A DNA stretch of 64,000 nt from positions 1 through 64,000 of IMG/VR virus record IMGVR_UViG_3300010885_011653, one strand, 5' to 3'. The position numbers were made by a program, and so were the translations under genes. The notes beneath the pieces were generated by a model. It was not told the origin of the DNA. It saw nothing but the letters and a program-made list of their open reading frames with translations, and did no database searches. Source of the DNA: a virus. This document shows, piece by piece, positions 8,728 through 17,230 of this stretch; the stretch's first letter is position 1, and each line of letters begins with the position of its first letter.

Positions 8728-8766
8728 CCAAAATGCTATAATAGTTGTATTGTAAATGAAACGGAG
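8728..8766 (+). promoter_or_regulatory. 39-bp promoter+RBS cassette, copy 2
   Basis: Exact direct repeat of 8144-8182. Confidence 0.85.
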
Positions 8767-8772
8767 CAGATT

Positions 8773-9051
8773 ATGAAAGCAGAAAAATTCCAAGCAAACG
8801 ACATTATTCGTTCTTATGATTTCAAGCCAATGTTTGGCCGCCCAGACTGTTTTGTTGAAGGGCGCATTATTGAGCGCACCAACCAGCATGGGTATGATGC
8901 TTTCAAAATCCACGTGTTGGTAGACGAGTTTGATGGCAAGCGTTTTGAAGAAACTGGGCGCGGTAGCCGTGTTGGTACCTCTGTGTTGGTACCTGTACGT
9001 GTCAGCTATAATGACTACCCAGGCCGTGTAATTAACCTAAGCCGTATCTAA
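8773..9051 (+). CDS. hypothetical early phage protein
   Basis: ATG at 8773 follows the cassette RBS (the track start at 8725 lies inside the promoter). Confidence 0.75.
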   Translation: MKAEKFQANDIIRSYDFKPMFGRPDCFVEGRIIERTNQHGYDAFKIHVLVDEFDGKRFEETGRGSRVGTSVLVPVRVSYNDYPGRVINLSRI

Positions 9052-9063
9052 GGAGCAGTATAC

Positions 9064-9330
9064 ATGATTACCAAAGACAAATTGGACCAGTTGATGAGCA
9101 TTGGTGCTGACCAAATGACCGAGCTGTTGCTGGATGCCGGGCACGATAACACGAATGAGCCGATCCTTAATACTCATTTCAAGGGTGTTGCGGCACACGG
9201 CAGTATTATGAATTTTGTTTACGATGCTATGTACCTCGACACACATAACACCGGTAGCATTGCCTACGCTGATTTGATTGTGTCGTACAATCCTGTCACA
9301 AAAGAAATTTCAGCAGACTACCGCGGTTGA
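9064..9330 (+). CDS. hypothetical acidic protein
   Basis: AAGGAG RBS. Confidence 0.7.
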   Translation: MITKDKLDQLMSIGADQMTELLLDAGHDNTNEPILNTHFKGVAAHGSIMNFVYDAMYLDTHNTGSIAYADLIVSYNPVTKEISADYRG

Positions 9331-9335
9331 TTTGC

Positions 9336-9364
9336 TAGACAGTTAATTGTCAATATTGTATAAT
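9336..9364 (+). promoter_or_regulatory. sigma70 promoter
   Basis: TAGACA-17 bp-TATAAT. Confidence 0.65.
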
Positions 9365-9415
9365 TGTTTTTGTAATAAGTAATTTAAACATTTTAATTCC
9401 AATTGTTAGGAGCCT

Positions 9416-10519
9416 GTGATGAGTGTTAGTGAAAATCGTACCGTAACGGTATCAGAAGCAAAAAGCCGTCTGAAACGTGCTTTCAAAGTTAAGCGTCCTG
9501 TATTTCTTTGGGGTCCTCCAGGTGTAGGTAAGTCAGAGTTGGTTGCCGACTTGACCGAAGAGTTCGGCGGACATATGATTGACCTGCGTCTAGGTCAAAT
9601 GGATCCAACAGACTTGCGTGGTATTCCTTTTTATAACAAAGAGAATGGCAAGATGGATTGGGCAGAACCAGTTGAACTGCCAACAGCCGAAATGGCTAAA
9701 CAGTATCCCATGATTACGTTATTCTTAGACGAAATGAACGTAGCACCTCCTGCTGTACAGGCCGCGGCTTATCAGCTGATCCTTAACGGTCGGTTGGGTA
9801 CTTATCACTTGCCAGACAATGTTGTAATTGTTGCCGCAGGTAACCGCGAAAGCGACAAGGGTGTAAGCTATCGTATGCCAATGCCTTTGGCAAATCGTTT
9901 TGTTCACTTAGAAGTACGTAGCGATTATGACAGCTGGAACGAGTGGGCTGTACAACATCGTATCCACAAAGATGTGGTAGGTTACATTGGCTTTGCTAAG
10001 AACGATTTAATGGACTTTAATCCACGTTCAAGTTCACGTGCCTTTGCTACTCCACGTAGCTGGAGCTTTGTGTCAGAATTCTTGTACGACGATGAGGCTA
10101 CTGATGCTGAATTGGCTGACTTGATTGCCGGTACCATTGGTGACGGTCTTGGTGTTAAGTTTATGGCGCACCGTAAACATGCTGCCAACATGCCTAACCC
10201 AAGCGAAATCTTGGCAGGTAAGGTCAAGGAGCTCAAAGTAAAAGAAGTGTCAGCTATGTACTCGTTGACTGTGTCCATGTGCTACGAATTGCAAGATGCG
10301 TATGCTAAACTTGGTAAAGCTAAAATGGAAGATTGGCACTCAATGGCCGATAACTTCTTCCGCTTTATGATGGATAACTTTGGTACTGAGTTGGTTGTTA
10401 TGGGTGCTCGTGTTGCACTTACTACATACAACCTGCCACTGGTACCAGGTAAGCTGAAAAACTTTGACGAGTTCCATAAGCGTTACGGCAAATACATTAT
10501 CGCTGCCGGCGGTAAGTAA
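9416..10519 (+). CDS. MoxR-family AAA+ ATPase
   Basis: Walker A GPPGVGKS, Walker B LFLDEMN, AAGNR, PLANRF, TPRSW. Confidence 0.9.
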   Translation: MMSVSENRTVTVSEAKSRLKRAFKVKRPVFLWGPPGVGKSELVADLTEEFGGHMIDLRLGQMDPTDLRGIPFYNKENGKMDWAEPVELPTAEMAKQYPMITLFLDEMNVAPPAVQAAAYQLILNGRLGTYHLPDNVVIVAAGNRESDKGVSYRMPMPLANRFVHLEVRSDYDSWNEWAVQHRIHKDVVGYIGFAKNDLMDFNPRSSSRAFATPRSWSFVSEFLYDDEATDAELADLIAGTIGDGLGVKFMAHRKHAANMPNPSEILAGKVKELKVKEVSAMYSLTVSMCYELQDAYAKLGKAKMEDWHSMADNFFRFMMDNFGTELVVMGARVALTTYNLPLVPGKLKNFDEFHKRYGKYIIAAGGK

Positions 10520-10537
10520 ACGGTTGCTCTCACAGGC

Positions 10538-10575
10538 AGGAGGCTAGGGGCAACCCCGTAAGCCCTCCTTTTTTT
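10538..10575 (+). terminator. Rho-independent terminator
   Basis: AGGAGG...GGGGCAACCCC...CCTCCT hairpin plus T-tract. Confidence 0.7.
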
Positions 10576-10610
10576 AACCACTGCATTTTCATTAAGATGG
10601 GCATAGTAGA

Positions 10611-10660
10611 TGTCTGTTGCATAAAAACAACAGACAATTATAGGCCAAAATGCTATAATA
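10611..10660 (+). promoter_or_regulatory. promoter (CCAAAATGCTATAATA) with palindromic box copy 2 over the -35 region
   Basis: TGTCTGTTG-N8-CAACAGACA dyad at 10611-10636; same CCAAAATGCTATAATA core as 8144 and 8728. Confidence 0.75.
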
Positions 10661-10689
10661 TATGTATAGTGAATAATTAGGAGCATTCA

Positions 10690-11946
10690 ATGACTACATT
10701 AGCAGAAAAAAGCAAGTCAGTAACAGTAACAGATCCCAAAGTAGATGAGGCGGCACGTGAAAAGCTGATTACCGCACGTATTGGATTGTTACTCCGCGCC
10801 CCGTTCTTTGGCAACCTAGCTACCCGTATGACTCTAGTTAACTCAGATGCTTGGTGCCCCACTGCCGCAACAGACGGACGCAAATTCTACTACAATAGCG
10901 AATTTGTTAACTCACTACCACTCAAGCAATTAGAGTTCCTAGTAGGGCATGAAGTATTGCATGCCGTATATGACCATATGGGGCGTCGGGGCAATCGCGA
11001 CCCTAAGCTGTGGAACATTGCCGATGACTATTGTGTAAACTGGGACTTGGTAGAACAACGGGTAGGAGACAAAATTCCCGTAGCCTTGTATGACGCCAAA
11101 TACAAAGGTATGTCAGCAGAAGAAGTTTATGACGACTTGTATGAAAACGCCGACAAGATTGACATTGACGAGCTTATGAAGCGTTTGTTGGACGAGCACA
11201 TGGATGGCGACGGAGATGAAGATGGTGATGGCGAAGGCAATGGAGACAAACCAGGTAATGGCCGTCCACGTCTGAGCGAAGCCGAAAAGAAAGAAATCCG
11301 TGACGAGATTAAAAATGCCGTACTGTCTGCCGCACAGGCAGCTGGTGCAGGTAACTTGCCCGGCGGCGTCAAGCGCATGATTAAAGACTTAACTGATCCT
11401 GTTATGGATTGGCGCGAGTTGCTACAGCAACAAATTGAGTCTACTGTTAAATCGGACTACACTTGGGCAAAACCCAGCCGTCGTAGCTGGCATATGGATG
11501 CTGTTATGCCAGGTATGAAACCCGGCGAGCAGATTGACGTGGTTATTGGTATTGATACCAGTGGTAGTATTACTGACAACGATCTTAAAATCTTTTTGTC
11601 AGAGATCAAAGGTATTATGGAATCATATGACGAGTACCGCATCCATGTCATGGGTTGGGATACTCAGGTTCACAACACTGAGGTCTTTACTAGCGATAAC
11701 TTAGAATCAATTGAATCGTTTGAGCCAGGTGGTGGTGGCGGTACTGACCCGCATTGCGTTTGGGAATGGCTTAAAGAGCATGAAATTGAGCCCAAGAAAT
11801 TGATTATGTTTACTGACTTCTGCTTCTTTGGGTGGAGCCCACAAGATGTTGAAACGTACTGCGACACCGTATGGATCATCAAAGGTAACAAGTCAGCAGA
11901 ACCAGAGTTTGGTGTGTTTGCACATTACGAGGACGCAGGCAAATGA
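10690..11946 (+). CDS. DUF2201-type metallopeptidase + VWA domain protein
   Basis: TAATDG, HEVLH (HExxH), WNIADD..VN, MIDAS DTSGS, GGGGTD, MFTD; lies next to the MoxR ATPase. Confidence 0.85.
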   Translation: MTTLAEKSKSVTVTDPKVDEAAREKLITARIGLLLRAPFFGNLATRMTLVNSDAWCPTAATDGRKFYYNSEFVNSLPLKQLEFLVGHEVLHAVYDHMGRRGNRDPKLWNIADDYCVNWDLVEQRVGDKIPVALYDAKYKGMSAEEVYDDLYENADKIDIDELMKRLLDEHMDGDGDEDGDGEGNGDKPGNGRPRLSEAEKKEIRDEIKNAVLSAAQAAGAGNLPGGVKRMIKDLTDPVMDWRELLQQQIESTVKSDYTWAKPSRRSWHMDAVMPGMKPGEQIDVVIGIDTSGSITDNDLKIFLSEIKGIMESYDEYRIHVMGWDTQVHNTEVFTSDNLESIESFEPGGGGGTDPHCVWEWLKEHEIEPKKLIMFTDFCFFGWSPQDVETYCDTVWIIKGNKSAEPEFGVFAHYEDAGK

Positions 11947-12236
11947 ACTTTACTGACGCTTTGCGTGAGACTGTCAAACTTGTTGAGACTGGCAAAATTA
12001 CCACATTCGGTAAATCATTTGACAGCACTTGGGTTACCTTAAAGCAAGGTGATCCAAGTTTTCACCTAATAGGGTCTTTGTATGTAGCAAGTCGTGCGGG
12101 CATTCAGATCAATGCTGACTGTCCAAAACAGGTCAGGGACTATGTTATGTTGGCGTTAAAATCCCGTTGGATTGAACCTATAGCTACAGTACCAAAAAAC
12201 GATCCCACGCTAATGTGGGATACCTTACAGAGTTAA
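11943..12236 (+). CDS. hypothetical protein
   Basis: ATGA overlap with the upstream gene. Confidence 0.65.
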   Translation: MNFTDALRETVKLVETGKITTFGKSFDSTWVTLKQGDPSFHLIGSLYVASRAGIQINADCPKQVRDYVMLALKSRWIEPIATVPKNDPTLMWDTLQS

Positions 12237-12237
12237 T

Positions 12238-12666
12238 TTGGAGAATAAAGTGTTAGAATGTCTTATTGTTGGTGATAGTATTGCAGTAGGTACTAAGATG
12301 TTTGCGCCTCATTGCGAACTGCAAGGCAAAGGCGGTATTAACACCTGGCAGTTTAATCGCATGTATAAAGGTTCGTTCTATGCTGATACAGTTATTATCA
12401 GTCTAGGTTCAAATGACCATAATGGTGTAAAGACCTATGATGAACTGTTTGAAATGCGTCAACGTGTAGGTGCTAAAAATGTATATTGGGTGTTGCCGGC
12501 TGGTAATTTAAAAGCCAGCAATGTACCAATTGAACGGATTCAAAGCATTGTACATGAGATTGCTAAATCTTACGGTGATACAGTATTACCTATTACACGA
12601 TTACAACCAGACGGTATTCACCCATCTTGGGCAGGGTACAAAGATATTGCAGAGAGAGCAAAATGA
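12238..12666 (+). CDS. SGNH/GDSL hydrolase family protein
   Basis: Blocks IVGDSIA, G, SLGSND, DGIHP. Confidence 0.8.
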   Translation: MENKVLECLIVGDSIAVGTKMFAPHCELQGKGGINTWQFNRMYKGSFYADTVIISLGSNDHNGVKTYDELFEMRQRVGAKNVYWVLPAGNLKASNVPIERIQSIVHEIAKSYGDTVLPITRLQPDGIHPSWAGYKDIAERAK

Positions 12667-13010
12667 ACAACCTTTATAGACCAGACCTTTGGGTCGTTGT
12701 GGAATTAAAGTACAACAACAGCGACGAAGTTAATCGCAAGGTGTTAGCAAGTTGGTTTGGTGGTTACTTAGGTAGTGATCGATGGAAACTGAGTTCGGGT
12801 ATTACCGAAACTATTGAGCACGAACATCACTATGAGTTTATCAATCACAGTGGTAGTATTTACGAATGCGGTAAACACATGCAGGGCATGAGTGGATATA
12901 CTTCCGGTATCTTTGCACAGTTTGTCAAAGATTTAGAAGGTACAGGAACTATTGAGGCAATTAAATATGGAGAGACAGAAGATGGAATTTCAGGACCCGA
13001 CAAAACTTAA
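12663..13010 (+). CDS. hypothetical phage protein
   Basis: ATGA overlap at 12663; PDLWVVV...KVLASWFGGYLGSDRWKLSSGI. Confidence 0.7.
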   Translation: MNNLYRPDLWVVVELKYNNSDEVNRKVLASWFGGYLGSDRWKLSSGITETIEHEHHYEFINHSGSIYECGKHMQGMSGYTSGIFAQFVKDLEGTGTIEAIKYGETEDGISGPDKT

Positions 13011-13287
13011 ACCCAAGGCCGCACGTCAGCTGGCATTGGACTTACAGATTCGTATGCTCAAGTTAGAGAATACCTTAGACGATCTTATGCGTAGTGTGGA
13101 AATTGCACAGTACACCAAACAGTACAACGTCACAGAAGTGTTTGTGCGCGATGCAGAAGATCTACTTAAAGAGCGTATTACTTTGCCTGAAATTAAACAA
13201 GGCAATACCAAATATACAATGATTGAAGGCGAGCTCAGTGACGAAACTCGTACTAAGATCGAGGAGCACAATGCTCAAGTACGGTGA
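12982..13287 (+). CDS. hypothetical protein
   Basis: GGAG RBS before ATG 12982. Confidence 0.65.
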   Translation: MEFQDPTKLKPKAARQLALDLQIRMLKLENTLDDLMRSVEIAQYTKQYNVTEVFVRDAEDLLKERITLPEIKQGNTKYTMIEGELSDETRTKIEEHNAQVR

Positions 13288-13564
13288 ACCTAATCCGCTA
13301 GCAGTATTTGGACTCAGGCAAGTAGATCATTGTCCTCCCCATTTTGCCCGAGTTGAGTTTGAACTCAAAGGTCCAGAAAAGGTCATCCAGGATTGGATTT
13401 GGGCGAATCTTTCTGGGCGTTTTTGGTTTGGGGATTACTACATCAAAGACTCAAACAATCACGTTAATTTCTCAAAATGTGCAGCGTTCGAAATCCCAGG
13501 AGAAGCCAGTATGTTTGGCTTAATTTTGGATCAAATTAACAAACACGATTTCGATTTGTTCTAA
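13271..13564 (+). CDS. hypothetical protein
   Basis: GAGGAG RBS before ATG 13271. Confidence 0.7.
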   Translation: MLKYGEPNPLAVFGLRQVDHCPPHFARVEFELKGPEKVIQDWIWANLSGRFWFGDYYIKDSNNHVNFSKCAAFEIPGEASMFGLILDQINKHDFDLF

Positions 13565-13628
13565 AAAAAAATTTCCGGTCTGGCTACAGGTAGTAAATAT
13601 ATGCATAGATTATTACACCGGAGATACT

Positions 13629-13877
13629 ATGTCAGACCAAGTAGAACAACAAGCCAGCGAGCCTGCAACAGAACAACCAGTACAGCTACAATTAGCTGAC
13701 TTGTTGCTGGCCGCACAAGTAATTCAATTAGCAAGCACACGTGGTGCCATTAAGCCAGAAGAGATGACTCAGGTTGGTGGTTTGTATGAACGTTTAGTTA
13801 AGTTCCTGCAACAAAGTGGCGCACTACAGCCAGCTAGTGAAGCAGGCGCAGATGCTCAAGCACCTGCCGCTGAATAA
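13629..13877 (+). CDS. hypothetical protein
   Basis: GGAG RBS; TAAATA motif upstream. Confidence 0.7.
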   Translation: MSDQVEQQASEPATEQPVQLQLADLLLAAQVIQLASTRGAIKPEEMTQVGGLYERLVKFLQQSGALQPASEAGADAQAPAAE

Positions 13878-13891
13878 TAAAGGAAATTAAA

Positions 13892-14590
13892 ATGATTAAA
13901 CATGTCGGTAAACACAACAGCAAAAAAGTTGTCGTTCTATGGCGCAAGACACCCGGTGAAGACCATATGTGCTTGTTATCATACAGCGATACATTACCAC
14001 GTATGATTCACGACGAAGTAATGAAAGCATTGGAAAGTACAATTGGTCAAAACGCCAAAGACTTTAGCGATGTATTATTCCGTACCGTTATGGGCGACGG
14101 ACGCAATGCATTAGAAGTATTGCATCGCGAAGGATTTATCAAGAAGGTTCCAACAAGCCAAGTATTGATTACTCCTACTGCTAAAAGCTCTGTTCGATTA
14201 GATGAACTAAACAGCATCTTAGACGAAATGGAAAAAGGTGAAGAAGCAGTCAAGCGTCTATCTGACATTGATAGAGACGCAGGTTACACAGGCAAGAAAA
14301 AAGTTCGCGAAGGTCGTGAAGTTGGTATGCCACCAAACAATCAAAATCTAAGTCGTACCAATATTGATGTTGACAGTACTGCAAGTGCTGCCGCATATAT
14401 TAAAGGTGTATTGTCTGATGATGATTTGGCAGCAGATCGTTTAAAACAAGCTGACGCTATGCAAAAACAAGCCGAGCAATTATTAGCCGAAGCTAAACGA
14501 TTGACAGAAGAAGCAAGATCACTAACACCTGCGAAAAATGCCAAAACAAGAGCCAAAAAAGCCACGCCAGCCAAAAAGCAAGCGGCTTAA
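13892..14590 (+). CDS. hypothetical phage protein with C-terminal coiled coil and Lys/Ala-rich tail
   Basis: AAGGA RBS; 232 aa. Confidence 0.75.
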   Translation: MIKHVGKHNSKKVVVLWRKTPGEDHMCLLSYSDTLPRMIHDEVMKALESTIGQNAKDFSDVLFRTVMGDGRNALEVLHREGFIKKVPTSQVLITPTAKSSVRLDELNSILDEMEKGEEAVKRLSDIDRDAGYTGKKKVREGREVGMPPNNQNLSRTNIDVDSTASAAAYIKGVLSDDDLAADRLKQADAMQKQAEQLLAEAKRLTEEARSLTPAKNAKTRAKKATPAKKQAA

Positions 14591-14882
14591 TTTAAACACT
14601 AAAGCCAAATGGGAAGCCTTGCTCAAAGAAGTTAAAAAAGAGCAAGTTCCAATTGGTGTATTACGCTACATTACAGTAAATCTTAAAGATGGAACCAGTG
14701 TCGATGTTAACATCGCCGAGATGTTAGAAGAAGGCGCTGATCCTGCTGTAGTCGAAGAAGTAATAAATGCTAAACTAGAAGCACTGGATGATATCATTAA
14801 AGATGTTGACTTTCATATCAGTGTGGACAGCGTAGCAAAAGTAATACAACCTTTCACAGATAATTTACTAAAGAACTTATGA
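14538..14882 (+). CDS. hypothetical protein
   Basis: Coupled to DHFR by an ATGA overlap. Confidence 0.65.
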   Translation: MPKQEPKKPRQPKSKRLNLNTKAKWEALLKEVKKEQVPIGVLRYITVNLKDGTSVDVNIAEMLEEGADPAVVEEVINAKLEALDDIIKDVDFHISVDSVAKVIQPFTDNLLKNL

Positions 14883-15385
14883 TTAATGCTGTATTTGCTG
14901 CCGACTTCTTTGGAGGTATGGGGCTCAATGGCTCATTGCCATGGTCCCACAATGCCGAAGACCTGGCACACTTTCGACACCTAACTGAAGGCAATGTAGT
15001 AGTAATGGGACGTCGGACTTGGGACGATCCAAAAATGCCCAAGCCTTTACCTAACCGTACTGTATATGTTGCCACACATCGTCCTGTTATGTACGCTAAT
15101 CCATTTAGCGGTAATATACAAGATGAGCTACTTGAAATAGAAGCCAGACATCCAACCAAACAGATATTTGTTATCGGGGGAGTTGAACTGTTATTTGAAG
15201 CTAAACCAGTCTTGGACAAAGTGTACTTGACACACATCAAAGGTTCGTATAAAGTAGATACAAGGATTAACTTAAAAGAGTTTTTATCGGGACTTCGCCA
15301 AACAGGTGCAAGCGTCAGCAAAGATTTTCAATCGGTATTTACAACATATGAAGGTTTATTTAAACGCATTAAAACAAGTACTTGA
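14879..15385 (+). CDS. folA: dihydrofolate reductase
   Basis: GMGLNGSLPW..AEDLAHFR, VVMGRRTW, PLPNR, FVIGG; adjacent to thyA. Confidence 0.92.
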   Translation: MINAVFAADFFGGMGLNGSLPWSHNAEDLAHFRHLTEGNVVVMGRRTWDDPKMPKPLPNRTVYVATHRPVMYANPFSGNIQDELLEIEARHPTKQIFVIGGVELLFEAKPVLDKVYLTHIKGSYKVDTRINLKEFLSGLRQTGASVSKDFQSVFTTYEGLFKRIKTST

Positions 15386-16259
15386 GCAAGGTCAAGTCAA
15401 AGACGATCGTACCGGTGTGGGCACTATTAGCCTGTTCGGTATGCAACAGCGATACAATCTAGCAGAATCATTTCCCGCAATAACTACTAAAAAACTAGCA
15501 TGGCGTGCCTGTGTGGGCGAGTTATTATGGATGATTGAAGGCTCAGGCGATGAACGTAGGCTAGCAGAAATTACTCATGGTACAGCAGATGGCAAGACTA
15601 CTATCTGGACTCCAAATGCTCTAGCTGACTACTGGAAACCCAAGGCTAAATTTGATGGCGACCTAGGTCGTGTGTACGGAGTACAGTGGCGCCATTGGCG
15701 CACACCAGTTGAGCATAAGAAAGAAACTTATCAAGATGATTTTGGTAATCGTTTCAATCGCGGTGGCACCCTGCATATTAAAGAAACCGATCAATTAACC
15801 AAGTTAATCGAAGGTATTAAGAAAGAACCACACGGACGACGACACATACTATCCGCATGGAACCCCGGTGAACTAGATCAAATGGCCCTGCCGCCGTGCC
15901 ATGCTTTTGCACAGTTTTATGTTAGTAACGACAGAAAGTTAAGTTGTCAGATGTACCAAAGAAGTTGTGACATGTTTTTAGGTGTACCTTTTAACATCGC
16001 GAGCTATAGTTTGCTTACACATATTATAGCTCATTTGTGTGACTTAGATGTGGGGGAGTTTGTTCACTGCTTAGGCGACGCACACATATACTTAAATCAT
16101 GTAGAGCAGGTAAAAGAACAATTAACCCGTGAACCATTACCTGCGTCACAACTTTTCCTTAATAAGACTGTACGAGATATCGCCCAGTTTACCATGAGTG
16201 ATATTCAACTTGTGGGCTATCAATCACACGATGCAATTCGAGCTGAGATGGCAGTATGA
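15348..16259 (+). CDS. thyA: thymidylate synthase (ThyA/Td)
   Basis: DDRTGVGT, TTKK, ELLW, YGVQWR, MALPPCH, YQRSCDMFLGVPFNIASY, GDAHIYLNH. Confidence 0.95.
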   Translation: MKVYLNALKQVLEQGQVKDDRTGVGTISLFGMQQRYNLAESFPAITTKKLAWRACVGELLWMIEGSGDERRLAEITHGTADGKTTIWTPNALADYWKPKAKFDGDLGRVYGVQWRHWRTPVEHKKETYQDDFGNRFNRGGTLHIKETDQLTKLIEGIKKEPHGRRHILSAWNPGELDQMALPPCHAFAQFYVSNDRKLSCQMYQRSCDMFLGVPFNIASYSLLTHIIAHLCDLDVGEFVHCLGDAHIYLNHVEQVKEQLTREPLPASQLFLNKTVRDIAQFTMSDIQLVGYQSHDAIRAEMAV

Positions 16260-17230
16260 AATTCATTGTAACTGGTGGTGCTGGATTCATTGGGCATAAT
16301 GTAGTACGTCAGTTAGAAGCGCAAGGTCATGATTGTTTTATTTTAGACAACGTAACTGATTATGGTTTTGTGCCAAAAGATGAATTAGCGTATCTATACG
16401 ATGCTAGAACAAGACGCATTGATGCTAGTGTACATCACATAGATTTATGTGGGCATGAACGTGTTAAAGAATTCTTCGGTAATTTTGCATCTAAAACAGA
16501 TGCAGTTATACATCTAGCCAGTTTTCCAAGACAAAAAGTAGTCAGTGCTGACCCTGTGTGGGGTGCAGAAGTAATGGGCACTGGATTGGTTAATCTATTA
16601 GAACTTACCAAACGCTATAAAATTCCCAAGTTTGTTTATGTAAGTAGCAGTATGGTCTACGGTACCTTTTTTAATGGCGTAACTGAAGATGCTGTATGCG
16701 ACCCAATTGGACAATATGGCATTATGAAATACATGGGCGAGAAATTAGTTGAAGATTACACACGTCGTGGTTGCTTTGATCATGTTATCGTTCGTCCCAG
16801 TGCTGTGTACGGTGAGTATGATGTTAACGATCGTGTGGTCAGTAAGTTTATGCTATCTGCTATACAAGGTCGTGTACTTAAAGTTAACGGTGCCGGAGAA
16901 GTATTGGATTTTACCTATGTAGAAGATACTGCACAAGGTATTGTGTTGTGTGCAACTAAATCAGAAGCCAACAACCAAGTTTTCAATATTACTCGCAGTG
17001 ATCCATATACACACAATCTTACAGAAGCCGCAGAACTTATTATTCGTATAGCAGGTAGCGGCACTATAGAAATACGCGGCAAGGACTTAGACTTTCCATC
17101 ACGTGGAAGATTAAGTATTGAGCGTGCCGTTCAGGTCCTGGGATACAGGCCTGCGGTGGGAGTTGAGGAAGGCTTCAACAAATATTATCGATGGTTTACT
17201 GAATCACCATATTGGCATGACAAAATTTGA
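16256..17230 (+). CDS. NAD-dependent NDP-sugar epimerase/dehydratase (extended SDR)
   Basis: TGGAGFIG, HLAS, SSSMVYG, YGIMK (YxxxK), RPSAVYG, DFTYVED. Confidence 0.9.
   Translation: MKFIVTGGAGFIGHNVVRQLEAQGHDCFILDNVTDYGFVPKDELAYLYDARTRRIDASVHHIDLCGHERVKEFFGNFASKTDAVIHLASFPRQKVVSADPVWGAEVMGTGLVNLLELTKRYKIPKFVYVSSSMVYGTFFNGVTEDAVCDPIGQYGIMKYMGEKLVEDYTRRGCFDHVIVRPSAVYGEYDVNDRVVSKFMLSAIQGRVLKVNGAGEVLDFTYVEDTAQGIVLCATKSEANNQVFNITRSDPYTHNLTEAAELIIRIAGSGTIEIRGKDLDFPSRGRLSIERAVQVLGYRPAVGVEEGFNKYYRWFTESPYWHDKI

Noticed and set aside
8144-8766. 39-bp direct repeats as a CRISPR array or att sites
   Set aside because: Only two copies, 584 bp apart, each consisting of a -10 box and RBS; no cas or integrase gene.
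15348-16259. thyA as a dCMP/dUMP hydroxymethylase feeding DNA glycosylation
   Set aside because: It keeps the dUMP-specifying Asn (PFNIASY) and canonical PCH/RSCD motifs and is coupled to DHFR. It looks like an ordinary thymidylate synthase, with only a ~25-aa loop insertion and no intron.
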